Shown here: in pieces, positions 16,815-25,198 of the stretch | Layout of the letters: each line of letters begins with the position of its first letter | Numbering within the stretch: the first letter of the stretch is position 1 | From: an uncultured Smithella sp. | GTDB lineage: Bacteria > Desulfobacterota > Syntrophia > Syntrophales > Smithellaceae | Direction: 5' to 3' | Assembly: GCA_964632255.1 (NCBI GenBank) | Contig: CAZWCA010000014.1 | Coordinates: forward strand, 1,148 to 65,147 | DNA: 64,000 nt | Translations under genes and position numbers: made by a program | The notes under the pieces: model-generated | What the model was told of the DNA's origin: nothing | The model's input: the letters and a program-made list of their open reading frames with translations, nothing else | The model's database searches: none

Positions 16815-17737
16815 GAAATGCATTTGCTGATGAGATAACACAAATCGGCGCCCGAAAAGAGGAGGTTGTGCTTCTATCGGGAGATATAGGAAATAAGCTA
16901 TTCGATAATTTCAAGCAAACCCGCCAAAATAGATTTTTCAACTGTGGTGTTGCAGAAGCCAATATGGTGGGAGTTGCAACGGGGATGGCGCTTTCCGGAT
17001 TGAGGCCGGTTATTTACACTATTACTCCGTTTACTACCACCCGCTGTTATGAGCAAATACGGGTGGACATTTGTTATCACGGTGCGCCGGTTATAATCGT
17101 CGGCACCGGATCAGGCCTATCCTATGCCGAGCTTGGTCCTACACACCATTCCTGTGAGGATTTGGCAATTCTTCGTGTTCTTCCCGGAATGACCGTACTG
17201 GCTCCATGTGACAGTACTGAACTACGTCTATTATTGCGGGAATCGTTTGATCAGGAAGGCCCTGTCTATATTCGAATTGGGAAAAAAGGTGAACCCGTTA
17301 TTCATTTAGAAAATTCGCCGACGGTCAAAATTGGCCGGGCGACCCGGCTTCGTGAAGGCAACGATATTTGCCTTCTTGCTGCCGGCACAGTAATGATTGA
17401 AGCTCTGAAGGCAGCAGACATCCTGGCTGCACAGGGTATCTCAACACGCATCGAAAGTTTTCACACAATTAAACCGCTTGATGAAGAACGTCTTTTTGAT
17501 GCTTTTGCCAATTTCCCTATAGTTGGCGTCTGTGAAGAGCACAGTCAGATAGGGGGATTAGCCGGCAGTATCGCGGAATGGCGTATCCGACAAAAAGGAG
17601 AACTCGCAAATATGATTGGATTCGGCGTACCCGATGAATTTATGCATGAAGTGGGAAGCCAGTCTTATGCCCGTAAAAAATACGGCTTTGATGCACAAAG
17701 CATTGCAAAACAGTTAGCGGCGGCGCTGCACTTTTAA
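16805..17737 (+). CDS. transketolase, C-terminal (pyrimidine-binding) subunit
   Basis: FFNCGVAEANMVGVATGMA and GPTHHSCEDLAILRVLPGM. It overlaps the N-subunit gene. Confidence 0.85.
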   Translation: MRMRNAFADEITQIGARKEEVVLLSGDIGNKLFDNFKQTRQNRFFNCGVAEANMVGVATGMALSGLRPVIYTITPFTTTRCYEQIRVDICYHGAPVIIVGTGSGLSYAELGPTHHSCEDLAILRVLPGMTVLAPCDSTELRLLLRESFDQEGPVYIRIGKKGEPVIHLENSPTVKIGRATRLREGNDICLLAAGTVMIEALKAADILAAQGISTRIESFHTIKPLDEERLFDAFANFPIVGVCEEHSQIGGLAGSIAEWRIRQKGELANMIGFGVPDEFMHEVGSQSYARKKYGFDAQSIAKQLAAALHF

Positions 17738-17742
17738 ACCAT

Positions 17743-18360
17743 ATGCACATTGGTATCGATTTTGACAATACAATCATCAATTATGACGGCGTATTTCATC
17801 GAGTAGCCTTGGAGCGGAAAGTTGTGCCTCTAACAATCGAACCAACCAAACTTGCCGTACGCGACTGGCTGAGATCAATGGATAAGGAAGAGATCTGGAC
17901 AGAAATGCAGGGATATGTTTATGGAGCCCGAATGGCCGACGCCGAAGTTTATCCAGGTGTATATGAATTTCTTCGGTGGGCGAGATCGGAGCGAATTTGT
18001 ATTTCTATCATAAGTCAAAAAACAAAGAAACCTTTTCGCGGTCCAGGCTACGATTTACATAAGTCGGCGCAAATGTGGATAGAAGAAAATCTTCAAGATG
18101 AAACAGGGCCACTGGTTGCTTTGAAAAGTGTTTACCTTGAAACCACTAAAGAGAAAAAATGGACGAGGATTGCTTCAACTGCCGCGACCCACTTTATTGA
18201 TGATCTTCCTGAAATATTAATCGCGGACGCTTTCCCTGCAACTGCCCAGCGTATTCTTTTTGATCCTGAACATCACCACAGCGCGGTTGAAAATTCTTTG
18301 ATTACCATGCATAATTGGATTGACATTCTTCATTATTTTAATGGACACAACATCGGTTGA
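17743..18360 (+). CDS. HAD-superfamily hydrolase (sugar-phosphate phosphatase candidate)
   Basis: N-terminal DxDxT motif (IGIDFDNTI). Confidence 0.6.
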   Translation: MHIGIDFDNTIINYDGVFHRVALERKVVPLTIEPTKLAVRDWLRSMDKEEIWTEMQGYVYGARMADAEVYPGVYEFLRWARSERICISIISQKTKKPFRGPGYDLHKSAQMWIEENLQDETGPLVALKSVYLETTKEKKWTRIASTAATHFIDDLPEILIADAFPATAQRILFDPEHHHSAVENSLITMHNWIDILHYFNGHNIG

Positions 18361-19405
18361 TTTTGGCAAAGATAAGGATTTTTCAGTGCTGTTGCAGGCT
18401 GCAGGCGAACAGACTGAAAGTGTATCAGTCATTCCACGGAGTGGAGGCGGAAACAACCGTGTTTTTGTCATTCAGGCAAATAGCCGCCGGTATATAGCTA
18501 AACAATATTTTGTTCATCCATCCGATAAGCGTGATCGCCTGCAAGCCGAATACAAATTTCTTGAATATGCTCGTTGCCTTGGTTTGCGGTGTGTACCCGA
18601 ACCATTAGCCCATATTTTAAAAAACCATATAGGACTTTACGAATTTATCGAGGGCAGGCCTATTCAAGCTTATGAATTAGCGCCCCGTCATATTGAGGAA
18701 GCAATAAACTTTTTTTTGAGCTTAAACAGTCCGGCTCGTTTTGGAATGAAGGATGTTTTACCGGATGCTTCCGAAGCGTGCTTTAGCATAAGCAATCAAA
18801 TCGCGATGGTTCGGCAGAGAATTGCCCGCCTTTCAAACATTATACCGACAACACCGATTGATAAGGCAGTCTTTGAGTTTGTCAATCATCTAAAACGTGT
18901 TTTTGAAAAAACAGCCATTGATGTCATTGAGGCTTCGGTTAGCTCAGGCATGAATGTCGATGAAGTTCTCGCACTGGAGTACCGCTGCATCTCCCCGTCG
19001 GATTTCGGTTTTCATAATGCCCTGCTGGGAGGGGATAATAAAGTTTACTTTCTTGACTTTGAATATGCCGGCTGGGATGACCCTGCTAAAATGGCATGTG
19101 ATTTCTTTTGTCATCCCGCTGTACCGGTTGATATAAAATATTTCGATAATTTTTTGCAGAAAGTTATGTCCTTTTCCTCGAATCCTGCTCTTCTTATCAA
19201 CAGGGCTTTAATTACCCTGCCCCTGTATCGAATTAAGTGGTGCTGTATAATATTAAATGAATTTCTTCCTGAATCGGCGAGGCGCCGTCGTTTTGCCGAT
19301 CCGGACACCGATCCGGAGGAGCGTAAACTTATTCAGTTGGACAAAGCATATACTATGTTGAACAAATTTTTTCCGTTGGGAGTTCATACTAATGGCTTAC
19401 ATTGA
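18341..19405 (+). CDS. aminoglycoside/choline-kinase-fold phosphotransferase
   Basis: FGFHNALLGGDNKVYFLDFEYAGWDDP (Brenner and DFE motifs of the APH fold). The start is uncertain (18320 or 18341). Confidence 0.7.
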   Translation: MDTTSVDFGKDKDFSVLLQAAGEQTESVSVIPRSGGGNNRVFVIQANSRRYIAKQYFVHPSDKRDRLQAEYKFLEYARCLGLRCVPEPLAHILKNHIGLYEFIEGRPIQAYELAPRHIEEAINFFLSLNSPARFGMKDVLPDASEACFSISNQIAMVRQRIARLSNIIPTTPIDKAVFEFVNHLKRVFEKTAIDVIEASVSSGMNVDEVLALEYRCISPSDFGFHNALLGGDNKVYFLDFEYAGWDDPAKMACDFFCHPAVPVDIKYFDNFLQKVMSFSSNPALLINRALITLPLYRIKWCCIILNEFLPESARRRRFADPDTDPEERKLIQLDKAYTMLNKFFPLGVHTNGLH

Positions 19406-20063
19406 TTTTCTTTCCACTGTGCATAAAAGCACCAGGCGTGATTATCTTGCCCGTGTCAATGACCCGGATTATCCCAAACCAAAGGCTGCTGAATTGGCCA
19501 AAAAATGGGACTTTGATTACTGGGACGGAGACCGCAGAATTTGTTTTGGAGGTTACCACTATATACCAGGGCGCTGGACTCCGGTTGCCCGGGCGATGAT
19601 CGATCATTACAACGTTAAGCCCGGCGATAAAATTCTGGATATTGGCTGCGGCAAAGGATTCCTGCTTTATGAAATGTCACTGCTGGTTCCCGGAATCGAA
19701 ATATTCGGCATAGATATATCCCGCTATGCAATTGACAATGCAAAGGAGGAAATCAGGGATCGCCTGAAAGCTGCAAATGCCAATGACTTGCCTTTTCCCG
19801 ATAATTATTTTGATTTAACTTATTCGATTACAACACTGCATAATTTGCATAATTACGATCTTGATCGCGCTCTTCGTGAAATGGAAAGAGTTGGAAAAGA
19901 AAATAAATATCTTTGTGTGGAGTCCTATCGCAACGAAACGGAAAAAGCGAATCTCTTATATTGGCAAGTGACATGTGAAGCATTCTGCACGCCGGACGAG
20001 TGGAACTGGTGGTTCAAACAAACCGGCTACACCGGCGATCATTCATTTATCTATTTTGAGTAA
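19392..20063 (+). CDS. class I SAM-dependent methyltransferase
   Basis: Motif I ILDIGCGKGFLL. 14-nt overlap with the kinase gene. Confidence 0.8.
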   Translation: MAYIDFLSTVHKSTRRDYLARVNDPDYPKPKAAELAKKWDFDYWDGDRRICFGGYHYIPGRWTPVARAMIDHYNVKPGDKILDIGCGKGFLLYEMSLLVPGIEIFGIDISRYAIDNAKEEIRDRLKAANANDLPFPDNYFDLTYSITTLHNLHNYDLDRALREMERVGKENKYLCVESYRNETEKANLLYWQVTCEAFCTPDEWNWWFKQTGYTGDHSFIYFE

Positions 20064-20070
20064 AGGAATT

Positions 20071-21123
20071 ATGACAAATATTCCCAAAACAATGAAAGCC
20101 GCGGTTCTCACTAAACTGAAGGAACCCCTTGTCGTTGCTGAAATAACTATGCCTGAAAAACTAATGGTAGGCCAAGTTCTTGTAAAAATCCATTTCAGCG
20201 GTATCTGCGGTTCCCAGCTCGGTGAAATTGACGGCGCAAAAGGAGAGGATAATTTTTTACCGCACCTTCTCGGACATGAAGCATCGGGGTCAGTTGTTGA
20301 CATAGGTCCCGGAGTTCGTCATGTTAAAATTGGTAATAAAGTTGTTTTACACTGGCGTAAAGGATTAGGCATCGAATCAGAAACACCGCGTTTTTTATGG
20401 CAAGGACATAAAGTAAATGCCGGGTGGGTTACTACTTTTAATGAGTACGCCATCGTATCCGAAAACCGCGTTACGGCTATTCCCGATGACAGTGATTTGG
20501 AAGTAGCCGCTCTGTTTGGTTGTGCTGTTACAACCGGTTTCGGCATTGTTGAAAACAATGCAAAAGTTCGCATCGGTGAATCAGTGGTAGTTTATGGGGC
20601 TGGAGGAATCGGTCTCAATATCATTCAGGCTGCATCTCTTGTCAGTGCTTATCCTATTATTGCTGTGGATTTATATGAGAAGAAATTGGAACTGGCCAAA
20701 ATGATAGGTGCTACGCATATCATCAACAGCAGTTCAGATGATGTCAGGCAGGCAATTTTAGATATCGCCGGAAATGCCGGCGTTGATGCTTTTATTGATA
20801 ACACAGGCCAGCCGGAAATTATTGAGTTCGGTTACCAGATTACAAAACCTCAGGGTCGGGTTACGCTTGTCGGTGTGCCGCGCAAAGGAAAAAATATCAA
20901 TATCTACTCGCTGCCGTTGCACTTCGGCAAAGGGCTTAGTGGTTCACATGGCGGCGAGGCAATGCCCCATCTTGACATTCCGCGTTACCAGCAACTCTAT
21001 CGTGTTGGACGAATCAAGCTTCGTGAACTTATAACAGAACGTCTACCATTGAGAGATATAAATATTGCTATAGAAATGATGAGATCAGGCAAAACAGGTG
21101 GACGATGCCTAATCAGTATGTAG
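20071..21123 (+). CDS. zinc-dependent alcohol dehydrogenase family (MDR) oxidoreductase
   Basis: GICGSQ...GHEASG zinc motif and VYGAGGIGL NAD motif. The start was set at the ATG at 20071 (MTNIPKTMKAAVL). Confidence 0.8.
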   Translation: MTNIPKTMKAAVLTKLKEPLVVAEITMPEKLMVGQVLVKIHFSGICGSQLGEIDGAKGEDNFLPHLLGHEASGSVVDIGPGVRHVKIGNKVVLHWRKGLGIESETPRFLWQGHKVNAGWVTTFNEYAIVSENRVTAIPDDSDLEVAALFGCAVTTGFGIVENNAKVRIGESVVVYGAGGIGLNIIQAASLVSAYPIIAVDLYEKKLELAKMIGATHIINSSSDDVRQAILDIAGNAGVDAFIDNTGQPEIIEFGYQITKPQGRVTLVGVPRKGKNINIYSLPLHFGKGLSGSHGGEAMPHLDIPRYQQLYRVGRIKLRELITERLPLRDINIAIEMMRSGKTGGRCLISM

Positions 21124-21144
21124 ATTTTATTCATAAAAATTATC

Positions 21145-22362
21145 ATGATAAAATGTATAAGTTGTAACACGAACACCATTAGAAAGATTATCGATCTCGG
21201 GCCCAATCCCCCGAGTAACCGTTATCTGGATAAGATTGACGAGAACTGTGAAAAACATCCCATAGAATTTGCTTATTGCAGTAGCTGTGGCTTACTGCAA
21301 CTTGTCAATGCTATGCCGCCGGAAATAGTTAAGTCACGTTTCGGCTGGATTACCTATAATGAACCTGAAGCACATCTCGATAATCTCGTGAATCTACTTA
21401 ATTTAAAATATGGATATTCTCCAAAGGTGCGTATTGTAGGTCTCACATATAAAGATGACTCGACTCTTCTTCGCTTTAATAAAATGGGAATTAAAGATAC
21501 TTACCGTCTTAAACAATCCGAAGATCTTGGAATTGATGATCCGTTCGCAAGTCTGGAAACAATACAGGGAGTATTAAATCCGGAGAAGGCCGGAGAGATA
21601 GCTGAAAGGATAGATATGGCGGATATTATTCTTGTTCGTCATATTCTCGAGCATGCCCATCATCCCCGCGTTTTACTTGAAGCTTGCAGCAGCCTGGTTA
21701 AACCAGGGGGGCTATTGGTTTTCGAAGTTCCAGATTGCCGCAAAATGCTGAATGGTCATGATCATTGTTTTCTATGGGAGGAACATATTAGTTACTTTAC
21801 CCCGGAGACATTAAGGCTGTTTTTTGAGCATGCCGGGTTCAGAGATTTTGAGATTAGAATTTACTCATACCCAATGGAAGATTCACTGGTCGCCATTGTT
21901 CGTAATGTTGCTTCAAACCCACTTCAAACAAATAATGATGTTATTCATGAAATATCTCCACTGGAAAATTTTGCCGGTTCATTCAAATCACGAGGCATCA
22001 AAATCAGAAAATATTTACAAAACTTACAGAGTCAGGGGCAGTCGGTAGCACTATTTGGAGCTGGACACGTGGCTGTAAAGTTCATTAACTTTTATAACTT
22101 ATCTTCTTGCTTGATCGGTGTAATCGACGACAATCCCAATAAAATCGGACGCTTCATGCCTGGTTCGCAACTACAAATCTTTAGTTCGGATTGTCTTGAT
22201 TCCGGCGAGATTAAATTATGCCTGTCGGCGCTCAATCCTGAAAGTGAAAAAAAGGTACTTAAAGCAAATGCTGGATATCTGTCTCTGGGTGGAAAATTTT
22301 GCTCCATATTTTCAGCTGGTAGGAACAATATTGATCTGAATATTAATAATGTTAGAAATTAA
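21145..22362 (+). CDS. C-methyltransferase-family protein (Zn-ribbon N-domain plus MTase plus C-domain) with a degenerate SAM motif I
   Basis: CISCN...CSSCGLLQL zinc ribbon and ILEHAHHP...VKPGGLLVFEVP. VRIVGLTYKDDS stands where the paralogue has VVDIGSNDGS. Confidence 0.6.
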   Translation: MIKCISCNTNTIRKIIDLGPNPPSNRYLDKIDENCEKHPIEFAYCSSCGLLQLVNAMPPEIVKSRFGWITYNEPEAHLDNLVNLLNLKYGYSPKVRIVGLTYKDDSTLLRFNKMGIKDTYRLKQSEDLGIDDPFASLETIQGVLNPEKAGEIAERIDMADIILVRHILEHAHHPRVLLEACSSLVKPGGLLVFEVPDCRKMLNGHDHCFLWEEHISYFTPETLRLFFEHAGFRDFEIRIYSYPMEDSLVAIVRNVASNPLQTNNDVIHEISPLENFAGSFKSRGIKIRKYLQNLQSQGQSVALFGAGHVAVKFINFYNLSSCLIGVIDDNPNKIGRFMPGSQLQIFSSDCLDSGEIKLCLSALNPESEKKVLKANAGYLSLGGKFCSIFSAGRNNIDLNINNVRN

Positions 22363-22888
22363 ACGGTTAAATAATGAAGTTTTTGTTGTTGATAGCCCCA
22401 TTGTTTTCTTGGGTGAAGAAGAAATAAACTTTTTAACACAAAAAGCAATGCAAAACCTGCGAAGACGATCAAGAATATGTGCACACAGAACGTCTGATGA
22501 TCCTCTGCACGAGATGATTATAGTAATTGCTTCAGACAGCTATATACGTCCTCATAAACATCTTGCTAAGTCCGAATCATTTCACATTATTGAAGGTCTG
22601 GTTGATATTATTATCTTTGACAATGATGGTTCGATTACAGACGTAATTTCGCTGGGTAACCGGGAATCCGGTCTGAATTTTTACTATCGTCTGTCAGACA
22701 GCAGGTTTCATACGATGCTTATTCATACGGATATCCTTGTTATTCATGAAGTAACAAATGGGCCCTTTGATAAAGCAAAAACGAAATTAGCATCTTTTGC
22801 ACCATCAGAAGAAAATAAAATAGCTGTAAGTGATTACATGGAACATCTTTTAAAAGAAGTGGCTATATTTAAGGCTATGAAACAATGA
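22349..22888 (+). CDS. WbuC-family cupin-fold protein
   Basis: RRSRICAHRTSDDPLHEMIIVIASDSYIRPHKH is characteristic of WbuC-type cupins found in O-antigen loci. Confidence 0.7.
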   Translation: MLEIKRLNNEVFVVDSPIVFLGEEEINFLTQKAMQNLRRRSRICAHRTSDDPLHEMIIVIASDSYIRPHKHLAKSESFHIIEGLVDIIIFDNDGSITDVISLGNRESGLNFYYRLSDSRFHTMLIHTDILVIHEVTNGPFDKAKTKLASFAPSEENKIAVSDYMEHLLKEVAIFKAMKQ

Positions 22889-23811
22889 CTCAAAAAAAAT
22901 CTTTTCTGATTGTTGGCGGAGATAGTTTGGTAGGTGGCGGGCTTGTACATGCATTGCATAAACGCGGTCACTTTGCCTATTCCAGTACACGAAGAAAGAA
23001 TACATTGAATGATCGACGAATTTATCTGGATTTTGAGAGTAGTGAGACATTCATTGTTCCCCCCGAAGTTGACTATGCTTTTATCGTAGCAGCAGCAACT
23101 AACTATGATCGCTGTGAAAAAGACCCATTGGCATACAAAATCAATGTCGAGTTAATTCCCAAAATGATTTCATCGCTCTTGAAGCAAGGAATATTTGTTT
23201 CTTTTATTTCTACAAATTCAGTTTTCGGTGGTGAACGGCCATGGCCGCAAGAAGATGATCCTCATGCTCCGGGGATTGCATATGCAAAGCAAAAAGATGA
23301 AGCGGAGAAAGCAATATATTCCGTGGCGTCCGAATTAAGGGCGAAGGAACGCTTGAATATAACGAGGCTTACTAAAATTCTGGGTCTTAGCACCTCACCA
23401 TTGCCGAATTGGTTCGATACCTGGAAGCGCGGTGAGACCGTACCAGCTTTTTCCGATCTGATTTTTGCTCCAATGTCGGTAAAATTTGTCGGGGAAGCTC
23501 TTACAATACTTGGTGAAAAGCGTATCAATGGTAATTTACATTTGTCCGGAGCCGATAATGTTAGCTACGTTGATTTTGCCCAGGCATTGGCGGGAAAACT
23601 AGGTGTCGATCGGCGATCTATTTCCCCAACCACTGCGACGGCTATGGGGGTGCGTATTGCCTTTAAACCGCGTTACAGCGGATTAAGTATGACAAGAACA
23701 ACAGAGTTGAGCAGTGTCCTGCCGCAACCGTTGTCAGATGTCGTAAATGATCTTGTTTCGGAGGTTGAATTTATCAAAGGAGGACATTGTGGACGCACAG
23801 GTATTTCATAG
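22885..23811 (+). CDS. RmlD-like nucleotide-sugar reductase/epimerase (SDR)
   Basis: LIVGGDSLVGG Rossmann motif and YAKQK (YxxxK). 4-nt overlap with the cupin gene. Confidence 0.65.
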   Translation: MTQKKSFLIVGGDSLVGGGLVHALHKRGHFAYSSTRRKNTLNDRRIYLDFESSETFIVPPEVDYAFIVAAATNYDRCEKDPLAYKINVELIPKMISSLLKQGIFVSFISTNSVFGGERPWPQEDDPHAPGIAYAKQKDEAEKAIYSVASELRAKERLNITRLTKILGLSTSPLPNWFDTWKRGETVPAFSDLIFAPMSVKFVGEALTILGEKRINGNLHLSGADNVSYVDFAQALAGKLGVDRRSISPTTATAMGVRIAFKPRYSGLSMTRTTELSSVLPQPLSDVVNDLVSEVEFIKGGHCGRTGIS

Positions 23812-25060
23812 AGAAACGTGCAGATTATGTAATTCCGGTAATGTGAAAATGGTGGTGAAACTTGAACCCATTCCAATTTCGGAAAACTATTGCCAGAACA
23901 GCGAAACAGGAAAAAATGCTCCACGCTATCCCGTTGATCTTTATATGTGTGCAGATTGCGGGCATGTGCAACAGCTTGATGTTGTCGATTCTAAAACTCT
24001 TTGGGAAAATTATACCTACTATTCCGGAGATGCGAAAGGTATGCCGGAACATTTTGAACAAGTTGCCGGGGAAATTATCAATAAATACCTGATGCCTGTC
24101 GGTTCGCTCGTTGTAGATATAGGCAGCAACGACGGATCATTACTACGGCCATTTATGAAGAGAGGATACAGCGTGCTTGGCATTGATCCCGCAAAAGAGA
24201 TTGCATTGCAGGCAAGCAAATCCGGTATCGAGACTATACCGGAACTAATGTCCTTTAATTTAGCGAAAAAAATTCGTGAGGAGCGTGGACCGGCGCAAGT
24301 CGTTTGTATGTTTAACGCCTTTGCGCATGCGGATAATATGGGAGAAATAGCAGAAAGTATCCGTACCCTGCTTGCTCCGAATGGTGTGTTCGTCTTTGAA
24401 GCGCAGTATCTTCTCGATATTATCGATCGCGTGTTGATTGCGACAATTTTCCATGAGCACATGAGCCATCATTCCGTAATGGCTCTTACAGTGTTCCTTG
24501 AATGTCATGGGATGGAGCTGATTGATGTGGAACGTGTGCCTATTCAACACGGATCGTTAATCGGCACAGTGCAACTCAAGGGAGGCAAGCACTTGAAAAA
24601 CGCTTCTGTAAGGCAGTTATTAGAGCTTGAAGCCCGGCGAGGCTTGAATAGGATTGAAACACTCCGGCAATTTGCGGAAAAAATCGATCAACAAAAGGAG
24701 CGTACGGCACGGCTGGTCACTGAATGGAAAAGGGCTGGAATGTCAATTGCAGGGTATGGTGCTGCGCGGAGTGGGCCCACCTTAATATCACAGCTTGGTC
24801 TTACGGGAACGATCGAGTATATCTTTGATGATCATCCCCAGAAAGTGAACAAGTATTCTTCGGGGGATGGCATCAAGATTATACCGACGTCCGAACTTTG
24901 CCGGCGAATGCCCGCTTACACGATTATTCTTGCCTGGGTGCATTCCGCGAAGATTATAGAAAATAATCAGGAATATCTTGATAAAGGCGGACATTTCGTT
25001 GTTTTGTGCCCCGAAACAAGAGTGATCGGGAAAGAAGGAAACGTAAATATAGGTATTTAA
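23789..25060 (+). CDS. NDP-sugar C-methyltransferase-family protein (TylCIII-like architecture)
   Basis: CRLCN...CADCGHVQQ zinc ribbon, VVDIGSNDGSLL motif I and a C-terminal Rossmann-like domain. A GTG start at 23789 is preceded by AGGAGG. Confidence 0.7.
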   Translation: MDAQVFHRETCRLCNSGNVKMVVKLEPIPISENYCQNSETGKNAPRYPVDLYMCADCGHVQQLDVVDSKTLWENYTYYSGDAKGMPEHFEQVAGEIINKYLMPVGSLVVDIGSNDGSLLRPFMKRGYSVLGIDPAKEIALQASKSGIETIPELMSFNLAKKIREERGPAQVVCMFNAFAHADNMGEIAESIRTLLAPNGVFVFEAQYLLDIIDRVLIATIFHEHMSHHSVMALTVFLECHGMELIDVERVPIQHGSLIGTVQLKGGKHLKNASVRQLLELEARRGLNRIETLRQFAEKIDQQKERTARLVTEWKRAGMSIAGYGAARSGPTLISQLGLTGTIEYIFDDHPQKVNKYSSGDGIKIIPTSELCRRMPAYTIILAWVHSAKIIENNQEYLDKGGHFVVLCPETRVIGKEGNVNIGI

Positions 25061-25198
25061 TTTGAATTAAACGTATTGCGCTCCAAACCCAGACGGTTGT
25101 GATCGGATGTTTTTCCGAGACCGGCACTGGATCCTATTATTCTCCACGGCACCTGACCTCTTCAGCGCCCGGCACCTAAATCATTTTTCAGTACCAAA

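Noticed and set aside
24019-24462. 147-aa minus-strand ORF
   Set aside because: It is antisense to the C-methyltransferase gene (23789-25060). This is a shadow ORF.
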